In this document: one piece after another, positions 28,641-38,168 of the stretch
Layout: every line of letters begins with the position of its first letter
Position numbering within the stretch: position 1 is the first letter of the stretch
IMG/VR virus record: IMGVR_UViG_3300032050_014001
Location: 1-64,000 of that record
Length of the DNA: 64,000 bases
DNA from: a virus
Taxonomy: Duplodnaviria; Caudoviricetes
Strand: one strand, 5' to 3'
Notes under the pieces: model-generated
The model's database searches: none
Told to the model about the DNA's origin: nothing
Seen by the model: the letters and a program-made list of their open reading frames with translations, nothing else
Made by a program: the position numbers and the translations under genes

Positions 28641-29495
28641 TTAGTCTAATCCTTTCAAAAGTTCTTGTACAGTTGCATCATCAAGAATGTCATCGTCATC
28701 TGAAGATGCGGGTGCTGATGATTTAGTTACTGTAGTAGGTTCTGCTAGAACTGTAGCTTGTACTGATTCAACGGGAGCAGCTGCTGAAGACACTGAGCTC
28801 TTGCATAGGAAATGTTCTTCCCATAATTCACGAAGTTCATCAGCGGTCTTAACCCCTGCGATTTTCTTAAGATCATGAACTGAATTATACAACTCATTAA
28901 TCTTTGCTTCTGATAATCCAAGATCTACTGGTGATGTGAAACGCGAAGATACATAAGATGGATATTCACCTTGTTTCTCTACCTTGACCTTAAGATTACA
29001 CCCACCTTTACTCAGGTCAAAGATACGAGGACCGAACTCAGCAGCGTCTTCACCATCCATAGCTTCATCAATAATCTTAGCTAACTGACGACCATATCGA
29101 AGAATCTTAACAGTACCATTATTTTCAGGATTGGTTGGATCATCAATAATATAAGCATTAACCATCCACTTCTCAGAACGATTAACTTTTTCAGCCTTCT
29201 TCTTTTCTACATCCGTACCAAGTCGAAGGATACGATAACGTTCTTCTTGAATTGGATCACGTTCTCCAAATGATTGCAATGAAACGGCTGATACGAATTG
29301 ACCTGTTGCGAATGATTGCCATCCATTCAGGTAATAATGAAAGAATGTATCTGCGGGTGATTTTGTATTTGGAAGAAGACGAACGGTGTATGTCTTACCT
29401 ACTTCTAACTTGAGAATGTCTTTATATGAAGATCCACCGGTATCTTCTTTAGCTAAGGCATTCTTGATTGATTGGAACATTGATGCTGTATACAT
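28641..29495 (-). CDS. gp32: Single-stranded DNA-binding protein (gp32-like)
   Basis: VRLLP, YIIDDPTNPENNGTVKILRYG, acidic C-terminal tail. Confidence 0.9.
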   Translation of the reverse strand: MYTASMFQSIKNALAKEDTGGSSYKDILKLEVGKTYTVRLLPNTKSPADTFFHYYLNGWQSFATGQFVSAVSLQSFGERDPIQEERYRILRLGTDVEKKKAEKVNRSEKWMVNAYIIDDPTNPENNGTVKILRYGRQLAKIIDEAMDGEDAAEFGPRIFDLSKGGCNLKVKVEKQGEYPSYVSSRFTSPVDLGLSEAKINELYNSVHDLKKIAGVKTADELRELWEEHFLCKSSVSSAAAPVESVQATVLAEPTTVTKSSAPASSDDDDILDDATVQELLKGLD

Positions 29496-29519
29496 ATTGA
29501 ATATTTTTAATTGGTTTCG

Positions 29520-30149
29520 TTATATTTTTTTTAATCCTTGTTTTACTAATACTTTTAATTTCTTCGATGAGAAATATCTATTCGTATACAATTGTATATT
29601 TTCATAGACATTCTCGCCAAACATGAATTTCAATAATTCTTGATCTTCATGTCTAATATAGTTTAGTGCATTTGGCAATTCGATCAACACATAAGGATGC
29701 ATTTTTCTTTCTTTCCAATGCAGCATGAAGCTTTTCATTTCATTAGTCTTGTGTGCAAGATATTGATTTAATGAAATATTATTTTGTGTTAAAAATTCTT
29801 TTAAGAATTTTAAACTCTCTAATACTTTTAATAACATATCCTCCGAATCCGGATCTAAATCAGCTTCTTTTTGAATATAGAGAGTATATGCTTTAATTGC
29901 TTTTTGCGATGTAAAATATTTCAAATCGAAATATTCTTCGGCACCATAGATAGCATATGATGCTTTAAAAAAATCATTGATGTGTATACTGGGAAATTTT
30001 CTCAGTATGTTAGATATTCTCTTAAGATAAACCAATACATCAGATGGAATATCATTGAAATTTTTTCTTAACTTATATGGTAGGTTTTTAGCTTGGCGAC
30101 TAGTTTTTAGGTATTCGTTATATAGTCTTTCTTCAAAATCGCTTAACAT
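29520..30149 (-). CDS. Possible helicase loader (gp59-like)
   Basis: Basic/aromatic helical protein of similar size, immediately upstream of gp32 as in T4. Positional inference only. Confidence 0.35.
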   Translation of the reverse strand: MLSDFEERLYNEYLKTSRQAKNLPYKLRKNFNDIPSDVLVYLKRISNILRKFPSIHINDFFKASYAIYGAEEYFDLKYFTSQKAIKAYTLYIQKEADLDPDSEDMLLKVLESLKFLKEFLTQNNISLNQYLAHKTNEMKSFMLHWKERKMHPYVLIELPNALNYIRHEDQELLKFMFGENVYENIQLYTNRYFSSKKLKVLVKQGLKKI

Positions 30150-30432
30150 TATTAGCTATAATAGTAGCACCTTCTTTAGAATTCAAGAACTTACTTATAT
30201 ATTTGCTTTTACTCAAAGAAGGATCGAAGTCGATAAACAATTTGAATAATTCATAATCCGTATCGATAGATACCATTTTCTTAAGAATCTGTTTGTATGT
30301 AGGATTCTTAAGGAGTAATAAAAAAATATTAGGCAGATTTAATTTCTTGCCAGATATCAAACACATTAATGAACAGAAACATAAAAAATTATGTTCTATT
30401 TCCCTCTTTTCGATTACAAGATTAGCTACCAT
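30133..30432 (-). CDS. Hypothetical protein
   Basis: Overlapping ORF in the replication run. Confidence 0.55.
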   Translation of the reverse strand: MVANLVIEKREIEHNFLCFCSLMCLISGKKLNLPNIFLLLLKNPTYKQILKKMVSIDTDYELFKLFIDFDPSLSKSKYISKFLNSKEGATIIANNVKRF

Positions 30433-31316
30433 ATTTTTTGTAAAGTTTTAGTAAATTCTATAAATTTTGAAGTTAGATTACCTCCTGCGTACCGTTGTGT
30501 TCCGCCGCCTTCAACTAACTTTTCTGCAATCAGATGTAATGGTGCGTCTGATGTTACTTTTTGTTGCATATAAACAGTCTTGAGTCCCAAATTGACTACC
30601 ATTACAATATCCACATTGTATACATCAATTAAATGATTTGAAATTTCTGGAAAATAATTTTCAGCAAATGTAGATACTACTTTATATTTTTTTCCTTTAG
30701 CAGGTAATATTCCTTGGAATATATCTAATTCTGATACGGTTTTTGCAATTCGTTTAAAATGTAAATTAATTACGTTCTGTTGTTGTTGATTGAATCCGTT
30801 ATATCCATTATCAAATTGTTTAATAAATTGAATTAAACGATCAGCACTGACACCCCAATATAATGCATTTAAAAAATTTGATTCTTTAAATTTATTTTTA
30901 CCTGAAATATAATCATCAATCAAACTAATTAATTTGATTTGCTTAGGTGTTAGTTTTTTGATTAATTCATTTTTAAATAATCTAAAAATCAATCTAGTAG
31001 TTGAACTAGTTTCAGCTATAGCTGTTTTTGCATCTGTGTATAAATGTTTTTTATCACAATGTGATTTATGTGTATCAATGATAATACAATTAGACTTGTC
31101 TGCGACATCTAAACATTTTGATAAATCTATAGAGGTTATATAGATCTTGGAATATTTTGTCATTCCATTTTCTAATTGCCATTTAAGGAAATCATCACGG
31201 AATTTTCTTGGTGTAGTATATTGTATTTCAATGTTACTGCCTTTGAGCCATTTCAAAAGAAGGCAACATCCAGCACCATCTAATCCATAATTAGTCCATA
31301 TGACTTCTTTACTCAT
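30426..31316 (-). CDS. DHH/DHHA1-family protein with degenerate catalytic motifs
   Basis: NYGLDG (for HxDxDG), IIIDTH (for DHH), GGGTQRYAG (for GGGHxxAAG). Confidence 0.7.
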   Translation of the reverse strand: MSKEVIWTNYGLDGAGCCLLLKWLKGSNIEIQYTTPRKFRDDFLKWQLENGMTKYSKIYITSIDLSKCLDVADKSNCIIIDTHKSHCDKKHLYTDAKTAIAETSSTTRLIFRLFKNELIKKLTPKQIKLISLIDDYISGKNKFKESNFLNALYWGVSADRLIQFIKQFDNGYNGFNQQQQNVINLHFKRIAKTVSELDIFQGILPAKGKKYKVVSTFAENYFPEISNHLIDVYNVDIVMVVNLGLKTVYMQQKVTSDAPLHLIAEKLVEGGGTQRYAGGNLTSKFIEFTKTLQKIW

Positions 31317-31355
31317 TAATATGAGTATATATAGTCAAAATGGAATTTTGTTCAA

Positions 31356-32681
31356 CTAGTCTGCTAAAGAAGCTAATACATCTCTTGCGGATTCTGTACT
31401 ATCTACCATTGAAGCCAATTCTTGGTCTTCTTTTAAAGTCAATGTTGAATAATCAATTCTAAATGCTGATGATCCGAAGTTAGGGCCGAAACGATTTTTC
31501 ATCATAGCTACTCTCATAACACCTTGTTCTGCATCTTCTTCTAATTGATAAACAGAAGCAATAAAATCACCTGTTGTAGCTAGCCCATAACTTTCTGAAA
31601 GTGATTGCATAGTTGGTTCTGCGACATCATATCCCGATCGGTTTAACTGTGTTGCGGTAATAAACGGACAATTATAAACATACGACAATGCCCTAGTCTG
31701 TTCAGATAAGTGTTTCACCTTTTCATATGAATTATTTCCATATGTAGTATGTAATAGATTCAAATAATCTAATACTACAGCATCAACAAAGATGCCTTTA
31801 TTTCTTAATGTCTTAATGAATGATGATAATTGATTAGGTGTAATTGTTGATGGCGGAAATTCTTTAATCAAAATCCTTCCTCGTGGATTCTTCTCTTTGA
31901 TTTCTTCAAGAGCATTTTGCAATGATTCTGACTCTTCTCGCAATGTTCTAATAGGTATCTTAGTAGCTGATGATGCAATACGTTTTGCGTACATGATCTC
32001 GGACATTTCCAATGTAACAAGCAATACTGTTTTACCTTGCTCAGCAATATTTTTAGCTACATTTCCTAATACAATACTCTTACCGACATTTGCTTGACCA
32101 GCAAAAATATACAATGCCCTACCATTTTGCATGAATCCCCCATTTAATTTTTCATCTAACCATTCCCACTTTGATGGAATAACTGGTTCATCCGAATTTA
32201 ATTCTTTGATTAACTTTTCGGGATTATGATAAAGATCTAATCCAATATCTGTTGTCAAATTAATATTACATGTCTTTTCAAATTGATCTAAGACCCACGA
32301 AGTATCTGCTTTTCCTTGTTGCAATTTATCCGCAACATCAAGCATAGTCTTATATACAGCTCTTTCTTTTAAGAAGCGTTCTGTATTCTTGATTAATTCA
32401 TCATGATTATAATTCTTATCTAATGATTGAATCATTAATAATACATTTTTGAAAGAATCTTTTAATTCTTGTGTGGTAAGATAATTTTTTAATTCTGAGA
32501 GATTGGGTAAGCAATCTCTCTTTTCAAAATATTCTTTTACTAACAAAAACATCGCTTTGACATCTTTGTCCCGAAAATAATCCGGATCTGTATTATCAAC
32601 AACTGAAGAGAAATATTCCTCATCAGTAATCATCTTAAGACAGAAGATCTTCTCAAAATGATCTAAATCAATTTTATCCAT
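31356..32681 (-). CDS. gp41: Replicative DnaB-like helicase (gp41)
   Basis: GQANVGKS, TLEMSE, LDYLNL, ATQLNR, SESYG, KNRFG. Confidence 0.95.
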   Translation of the reverse strand: MDKIDLDHFEKIFCLKMITDEEYFSSVVDNTDPDYFRDKDVKAMFLLVKEYFEKRDCLPNLSELKNYLTTQELKDSFKNVLLMIQSLDKNYNHDELIKNTERFLKERAVYKTMLDVADKLQQGKADTSWVLDQFEKTCNINLTTDIGLDLYHNPEKLIKELNSDEPVIPSKWEWLDEKLNGGFMQNGRALYIFAGQANVGKSIVLGNVAKNIAEQGKTVLLVTLEMSEIMYAKRIASSATKIPIRTLREESESLQNALEEIKEKNPRGRILIKEFPPSTITPNQLSSFIKTLRNKGIFVDAVVLDYLNLLHTTYGNNSYEKVKHLSEQTRALSYVYNCPFITATQLNRSGYDVAEPTMQSLSESYGLATTGDFIASVYQLEEDAEQGVMRVAMMKNRFGPNFGSSAFRIDYSTLTLKEDQELASMVDSTESARDVLASLAD

Positions 32682-32689
32682 GCTTAATA

Positions 32690-33385
32690 TTATTTGGTGT
32701 CTTTACGATTTACACCGTATTCTTTGATAAACGTTTCGTTGCTGCTTTTCCATATAGGATTTTCAATTGACAATAAACCAGGAGAGCGATGAATTACATT
32801 AATTGGATAGACACCAATTTTTAATTTTTTCATATTAGCTTCTAATGATGCAGAAATATCATAATGATGAAATGTATATTTTTCATTAAAATTAAAGCCA
32901 ACTTTTTTTGCTTTAGGAATATAAACAGCAAAGAATAATCCATCAATAATTACAACACGAGAAGGTGAAGGACCGAAATTAGTAACCATCATTTGCTTTT
33001 CGTTTACTGGGTGTGCTACGAATCCTCGATGATCTTTTCTGTCTGTCATTAAATGCCAAAGGTTAATTCCACCGATTCGCGGATTCAATCCACCAGCCAA
33101 TCCAACAATGTCGTAATCTAATTTTTTTGCTTCATTCAATTTTTGTAAAAGTCTGGCATCGTCAATATAAACATCATCATGAACGAATACAATCCATTCA
33201 TAATTTTTATATTTTTCATTATTAAGGATAGTATTATATTGTTTTGACAATCCTTCTTTATTTTGATAAAATACTTCTAATTCAAAATCAGAAGATAATT
33301 TGCATTCATTATATGATTTATAGATATCTGTTTCTTGGAATTGATGTCTATTTTTTTGTGTACAAGTAACAATTAAATTGTTCAT
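32690..33385 (-). CDS. GT-A fold glycosyltransferase-like protein
   Basis: VFVHDDV, IVGLAG, IDGLF, FHHYDI, VIHRSPG. Confidence 0.75.
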   Translation of the reverse strand: MNNLIVTCTQKNRHQFQETDIYKSYNECKLSSDFELEVFYQNKEGLSKQYNTILNNEKYKNYEWIVFVHDDVYIDDARLLQKLNEAKKLDYDIVGLAGGLNPRIGGINLWHLMTDRKDHRGFVAHPVNEKQMMVTNFGPSPSRVVIIDGLFFAVYIPKAKKVGFNFNEKYTFHHYDISASLEANMKKLKIGVYPINVIHRSPGLLSIENPIWKSSNETFIKEYGVNRKDTK

Positions 33386-34068
33386 AATGTGAAAAATGGT
33401 GTTGTGTTTTTAAAATTACCTACTAATTCAAGCTTTCTAGTGACTTTGTATAATACCCCTTCTTCTAATTCTAGCCAATTCTTTGATTGTATAGAACAAA
33501 AGTCGCCTTTTTCATTTGCAAATAAAGTACTACCTTGTCTTGCTACAAAGATATTACCCGTCTTTTCATTAAAGATCCATAATGCAAATGTGCCTTCTAA
33601 AAGAGAAAGTGCTTCGCAAATGAGTTCTTCTTCTGATTTATTTGGTTCTTTTGTTTCTAGAGCATGTAATAAATGCGGAATATTACTCGAATCTACCGGA
33701 TTCTTATTCCACGCACAATACTTTTTATTAATTTCTTTATAATTAGTTAAAACACCGTTATGTGCTACTACCCAATTATGCGCAACAAATGGATGTGATG
33801 TTGCTACATCATGTTCTCTTTGTGAAGAAGTTGGTGCTTGATTATGTCCGAGATAATGTGTTATATTCTTATTTTTACAAGTAGGAAATGAATCTTCTGG
33901 ATTCAATAATTCCATCTTTTTTGGATGACCTTTTAATCTTGTAATGAATAAATTTCTTTTCTTATGTTCTAGGAAGGCAAATGACGAAGCAAATGATCCT
34001 CTATCAATAGTAACATCATGAAGTATATCAAAAAGATTTCTGTCTTTAGAACCATAGATTGCGCACAT
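33382..34068 (-). CDS. Stand-alone class II (Ntn) glutamine amidotransferase
   Basis: N-terminal M-C-A-I-Y-G with nucleophile Cys; RG, LGH, HPF, HNG, DS, EGTFA motifs. Confidence 0.85.
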   Translation of the reverse strand: MCAIYGSKDRNLFDILHDVTIDRGSFASSFAFLEHKKRNLFITRLKGHPKKMELLNPEDSFPTCKNKNITHYLGHNQAPTSSQREHDVATSHPFVAHNWVVAHNGVLTNYKEINKKYCAWNKNPVDSSNIPHLLHALETKEPNKSEEELICEALSLLEGTFALWIFNEKTGNIFVARQGSTLFANEKGDFCSIQSKNWLELEEGVLYKVTRKLELVGNFKNTTPFFTL

Positions 34069-34079
34069 AATATGCTTTC

Positions 34080-34107
34080 ATATTACATTTAATTTTTGAT
34101 AAATCAA
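34080..34107 (-). promoter_or_regulatory. Sigma70-like promoter of the GATase gene
   Basis: TTGATT-N16-TAATAT, 11 nt before the ATG. Confidence 0.55.
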
Positions 34108-34118
34108 TAAATATAGTT

Positions 34119-35375
34119 ATGTCTATTTTAAGAGCACCTGGTTGGGCAGCACGTATTGATGTATCACTCCTTAATGAAGCTAGAGAAGCTTATTTTGGTG
34201 AATTAAACAAATATGTAGAATTATATGCCAACAAATATTACAAGAATAGCATCGAAACGGGCACTATTGATCGTTTAAATAAATTAATCATTAAAATGTT
34301 GCGTTTTGCAATTATGCGTGACTGTAATAATAAGAATGATGAATTTGCTGCAAAAATGGGTGAAGAAGATAGTGAAGCTAGAAGTGGTGGTGAATTAAAT
34401 TCATCAGATGTGGGTAGTTTAATTAATGTCACTGGTGATGCCACGTTTACAGCTAAATCATCCGATTTTGCAGTAGGTGATATGATTTTCTTTGCAAGAA
34501 AGGGTGATGCAAATATAACATTTAAAGTAGAAGGTGCAAATGTTATTAGGACTGAAAATACTGATGATGGCATTAATGGCATGGTTTTAGTAAAAAATAC
34601 AATAAATCAATTTTTAGCATTTAATGATTTCGTACAACAATATAAAGCTCTAGAAAAAGAAGCTACTGGATTATTTGATGCATCTGGAAATCGTATACGA
34701 CATGGTGTTGTAGAACATCGTATTTCTCTGCAAAAAATATATGATTTAAAAACAAAGGGATTTGGCTCTAAAGTTATAACTACAGCTGTTTCTTCTTTAA
34801 TGGAAAATTTAAAAAGTTCTATTGAAACCAAACCAACAGATTATATGCAAGATGTGTCTGTTAATATATGGGCACATAAAGCTACTGCACCTTCAGAAGA
34901 ATATGTTGCAAAAAGAGGTGGTGATGAAGTAACACCCGATGTTCGATTTAAGGTAAATGAATGGTCTAAGGTGCTTAGTAAGTTGAATGGTGTTACTGCA
35001 GAAGTAAAACAAGAAGAAGAAACGCCAGTCAAAGAAGATAAATTAAAAGCACTTCAATTGGTCACAGCTATTTTACAAAAATTCAGTAATATTGTGAGTG
35101 ATAATGATGATGTAGCTGAAGGTATTATAAATGCTTTAGAAGCATTAAAGTCTGGTTCAGCATCTGATTTCATCGATCAATTGATCGAAAATTTATCTGT
35201 ATTAACATACGACAATGAAGATGTTAAAGACATGTATGACGAAATTGTCGGCGCTTTAACAGCTTATAAAGAAGCAGTTAAATTAACAAGAAAGCAAACT
35301 GATCGTTTACTACAAGAACAATATATTAAACGCAAACAGTTTGCTTATCGTATTGAAGAGTTGTTTAGAGGTTAA
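34119..35375 (+). CDS. Hypothetical late protein, possible internal head protein
   Basis: TAAATA 5 nt upstream; LLNE near the N-terminus; antisense singleton between queC and the GATase gene. Confidence 0.6.
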   Translation: MSILRAPGWAARIDVSLLNEAREAYFGELNKYVELYANKYYKNSIETGTIDRLNKLIIKMLRFAIMRDCNNKNDEFAAKMGEEDSEARSGGELNSSDVGSLINVTGDATFTAKSSDFAVGDMIFFARKGDANITFKVEGANVIRTENTDDGINGMVLVKNTINQFLAFNDFVQQYKALEKEATGLFDASGNRIRHGVVEHRISLQKIYDLKTKGFGSKVITTAVSSLMENLKSSIETKPTDYMQDVSVNIWAHKATAPSEEYVAKRGGDEVTPDVRFKVNEWSKVLSKLNGVTAEVKQEEETPVKEDKLKALQLVTAILQKFSNIVSDNDDVAEGIINALEALKSGSASDFIDQLIENLSVLTYDNEDVKDMYDEIVGALTAYKEAVKLTRKQTDRLLQEQYIKRKQFAYRIEELFRG

Positions 35376-36108
35376 TTTCTTTACAGCCTCTTTTCTTATA
35401 CGCTTCTTCTAATTGGTCTTGCTGTTTATATTGTAGGGGATCCTTGTATCCTGCTTCAATAAAACCTTGCAATCTTAACGAAGATGATGCTGAATATGCA
35501 TCAGGTTTTTCTTCTCCTGAATAACAGGTATAAGTCAAGCTGAAGTCTACTTTCTTCTTTACACCCAATTTAATAATCTCTGCTTTACTTAATTCGATTA
35601 ATGGTGCTTTAATTTCAATTCGTTTTTCTCTATTCAAAGAAAGAACATTGTTAATTGATTCTAAAAATTCAGGTGATCCATCCCAATAACCTGCTAATGA
35701 ATCTGCTTGTGCGGCACCATGCCATACTTCAGAAGCACCAATTGATTCAGCCCAAGCTGATGCAATAGATAGAAACATCATATTGCGATTGGGAACATAT
35801 GATTTTGGTTGTGCTTCGCCTTTGATTTTGCGTACATCTGGTGTCTCAATGTCATTATTAGTTAATGATGATGTAGGTGCGATATCTTTAATATAAGACA
35901 CATCAATAGTCTTATATGATTTCAAATTCGGATATAAAGACTTTAATTTCTGAATTTGTTTAGAAGCGCAATCTAATTCCTGCGAATGTCTTTGGCCGTA
36001 ATTAAATGATAAAACATGCACAAAGTATCCTTCTGATAAGGCTAAATGTACAAGCACCGAGGAATCCATACCCCCAGAAAAAGGAATAACCACATGAGTA
36101 TTAGTCAT
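35365..36108 (-). CDS. queC: 7-cyano-7-deazaguanine synthase (QueC), lacking three Zn-ligand cysteines
   Basis: SGGMDS PP-loop, FNYGQRH, YVPNRNMMFLS, TYTCY. Confidence 0.9.
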   Translation of the reverse strand: MTNTHVVIPFSGGMDSSVLVHLALSEGYFVHVLSFNYGQRHSQELDCASKQIQKLKSLYPNLKSYKTIDVSYIKDIAPTSSLTNNDIETPDVRKIKGEAQPKSYVPNRNMMFLSIASAWAESIGASEVWHGAAQADSLAGYWDGSPEFLESINNVLSLNREKRIEIKAPLIELSKAEIIKLGVKKKVDFSLTYTCYSGEEKPDAYSASSSLRLQGFIEAGYKDPLQYKQQDQLEEAYKKRGCKEINL

Positions 36109-36114
36109 GTGGTT

Positions 36115-36142
36115 ATTATAAAAACAATTATTTGTTTATCAA
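36115..36142 (-). promoter_or_regulatory. Sigma70-like promoter of queC
   Basis: TTGATA-N16-TATAAT, 6 nt before the ATG. Confidence 0.7.
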
Positions 36143-36145
36143 ATA

Positions 36146-36595
36146 TTATAATTTTTCTAAATTATATTTTGGTGCTTTCGTGCCCATGCCACCGTCTATA
36201 CCCGTCATGCCAGATACGCGTTTCATATATCCTATGATATGGTCGGCTGATTTTTGTTGTGAAGGATTGCCGTGTTGTTTAATCAATTTTAAACCTTCAT
36301 AATGTTTTTTAAGATTTTTTTGCAATTCTTCCTTTTCATCATCACTTGCTTTAGATAAATCTAATCCCGATATTTTTGCAACTTTGCCTAGATATGCATC
36401 TACTTTATCACTATCAGATGGTTGTGGTACTGTCAATTTTGGCAATCCTGTTTTAAATTCTGTTGCAGCTTGATTAATACCCATACCACCCAAGGCTGCA
36501 GTGAGCATTATTCCAGCTCCTGCAAGCCACTCTTTCCATCCTTCTGAATAGATTTCTTTATAGGCTTCGAAGATTAAATCTGTATCATTTTGCAT
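36146..36595 (-). CDS. Hypothetical late protein with a hydrophobic segment after a capsid-targeting-like N-terminus
   Basis: MQNDTDLIFEAYKEIYSEGWKEWLAGAGIMLTAALGG; TAAATA 5 nt upstream. Confidence 0.6.
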   Translation of the reverse strand: MQNDTDLIFEAYKEIYSEGWKEWLAGAGIMLTAALGGMGINQAATEFKTGLPKLTVPQPSDSDKVDAYLGKVAKISGLDLSKASDDEKEELQKNLKKHYEGLKLIKQHGNPSQQKSADHIIGYMKRVSGMTGIDGGMGTKAPKYNLEKL

Positions 36596-36603
36596 GATAT
36601 TAT

Positions 36604-37698
36604 TTATTCTTCGTCTTCGACTTCAGTTGATTCTGCATCTTCTGATGAAGAATATGCCCATTCAACAGCAATCTTCTTTTCTACTAAAGGAATGATATCA
36701 TTTTCCCAAAAATCTACATTATTCAAAAAGCTCTTTGCGTATCCTAGCTTTTCACCATTAAAAGCATAAGTAGCACCAGATTGTTCAATAATGCCTAATC
36801 CAACAGCAAGATCTAATAATCCATGATACTTATCTGCACCATTAGTAAATGATACATATAATTCTCCTTCTAAATATGGTTTAATAAAACGATTCTTTGA
36901 AGTTAATGCGCGAATGATAATGCCAACGTAATTGCGTTGGAATGTAGCTAATCCCGATGAATCTGATTTAACAACATCTTCTTTAACAGGCTTTCTCATT
37001 AATTGAACCGATACAGAAGGCATATAAATGACTGACTTACCACCAGGCATTGTTTTGACTAACGATGGATGCAATTCTGCTGGATTATCATATAAGTGAT
37101 TTGTAATCAAAACGGGTGTTTTAGTAATGGCAGAAAGTTGCGTTACTGTTCTAAGTAGTGTTTTAATAGCACGAGCTCTTGATCCCATATCAGGTGCTAC
37201 AGAATCTTTCTCAATACGTGATTGTTCCATTTGACTTTCAAGATTACCCAATGAATCAATGGCAATAATGAATTTACCTTCTTGTCCTTTTTCTTTTACA
37301 GATGTCAAAAATTTATGAATAGCATTACGACATTGTTCGACATTAAAAGTAGGTACATATTTTACCTTTGTTGTGTCTAATCCTAGGCGTGAAGCACTTT
37401 CTGGATCTACAGCATTCTCTGTATCAAAAATAACAGGAATCATTCCTTGTTTCTGAGCATTAGCAAGAATCTTCATAACCAAAGAAGATTTAAAAGTTTG
37501 TGATTCACCATATAACATGGTAACCCGGCCCGAAGGAATACCACCACCACGAATCTTTCCAGAGATAATAGCATTTAAGACATATGAACCGGTATCAATC
37601 CATTTATCAATAACAGATAAAGTAGACTGAGAAAGAAATGTCGCAAAAGGATTACCGTCATCTAAAATTTCTAATGATTTTAATAGGTCTTTGTCCAT
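36604..37698 (-). CDS. uvsX: RecA-like recombinase (UvsX)
   Basis: DTGSYVLNAIISG, GESQTFKS, FDTE, IDSLGNL, PGGK. Confidence 0.92.
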   Translation of the reverse strand: MDKDLLKSLEILDDGNPFATFLSQSTLSVIDKWIDTGSYVLNAIISGKIRGGGIPSGRVTMLYGESQTFKSSLVMKILANAQKQGMIPVIFDTENAVDPESASRLGLDTTKVKYVPTFNVEQCRNAIHKFLTSVKEKGQEGKFIIAIDSLGNLESQMEQSRIEKDSVAPDMGSRARAIKTLLRTVTQLSAITKTPVLITNHLYDNPAELHPSLVKTMPGGKSVIYMPSVSVQLMRKPVKEDVVKSDSSGLATFQRNYVGIIIRALTSKNRFIKPYLEGELYVSFTNGADKYHGLLDLAVGLGIIEQSGATYAFNGEKLGYAKSFLNNVDFWENDIIPLVEKKIAVEWAYSSSEDAESTEVEDEE

Positions 37699-37720
37699 AA
37701 CTCATATTAAATCAAACTAT

Positions 37721-37757
37721 AAAAAAATCCCGAGAGATTATAATCTCTCGGGATTTT
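37721..37757 (-). terminator. Intrinsic terminator / perfect 34-bp palindrome
   Basis: AAAATCCCGAGAGATTA-TAATCTCTCGGGATTTT; 7-T tract on the minus strand. Confidence 0.8.
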
Positions 37758-37781
37758 ACACACAACACTCAGCAAACAAAA

Positions 37782-38129
37782 TTATTCATCAAACAACTTA
37801 ATGACGGGTGGTTCGTCAGATGTTTGAGCAACAGGCGGTGGATTACAAATACGAGTATATTGTTCTACTAAACGTCCGTCTACTTCTACACCTACACCTA
37901 ATGCAAGATTAGCAAGATTAAATTCAAAAACAGAACCGCTGCTACGATTGGCTTCTGAAAGAAATTCAGGAAAGAAAAGTGGAAATAATTGAACTTGCAA
38001 TTGCCCATTTTGCAATTGATTTACATTAATCATACAAGGATTCTTCACTTGTAGACGACCACCATCACGTGAAAGTTCTTCACCGATAATGGTTCTTCCG
38101 ATTTGGTCAATAAAAATTAGTTGTGACAT
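37782..38129 (-). CDS. Small beta-rich (Sm-like) hypothetical protein
   Basis: IGRTIIGE..LQVKNPCMI pattern; has its own promoter and terminator. Confidence 0.55.
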   Translation of the reverse strand: MSQLIFIDQIGRTIIGEELSRDGGRLQVKNPCMINVNQLQNGQLQVQLFPLFFPEFLSEANRSSGSVFEFNLANLALGVGVEVDGRLVEQYTRICNPPPVAQTSDEPPVIKLFDE

Positions 38130-38136
38130 CTTTAAT

Positions 38137-38164
38137 ATATTAGTAATATTGCAATATTTGTCAA
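38137..38164 (-). promoter_or_regulatory. Strong sigma70-like promoter
   Basis: TTGACA-N16-TAATAT, 7 nt before ATG 38129; the spacer holds the palindrome AATATTGCAATATT. Confidence 0.75.
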
Positions 38165-38168
38165 CCCT

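Noticed and set aside
36109-36145. preQ1 riboswitch upstream of queC or other que genes
   Set aside because: Intergenic gaps are about 30-50 nt and filled by promoter elements; no aptamer pattern was seen.
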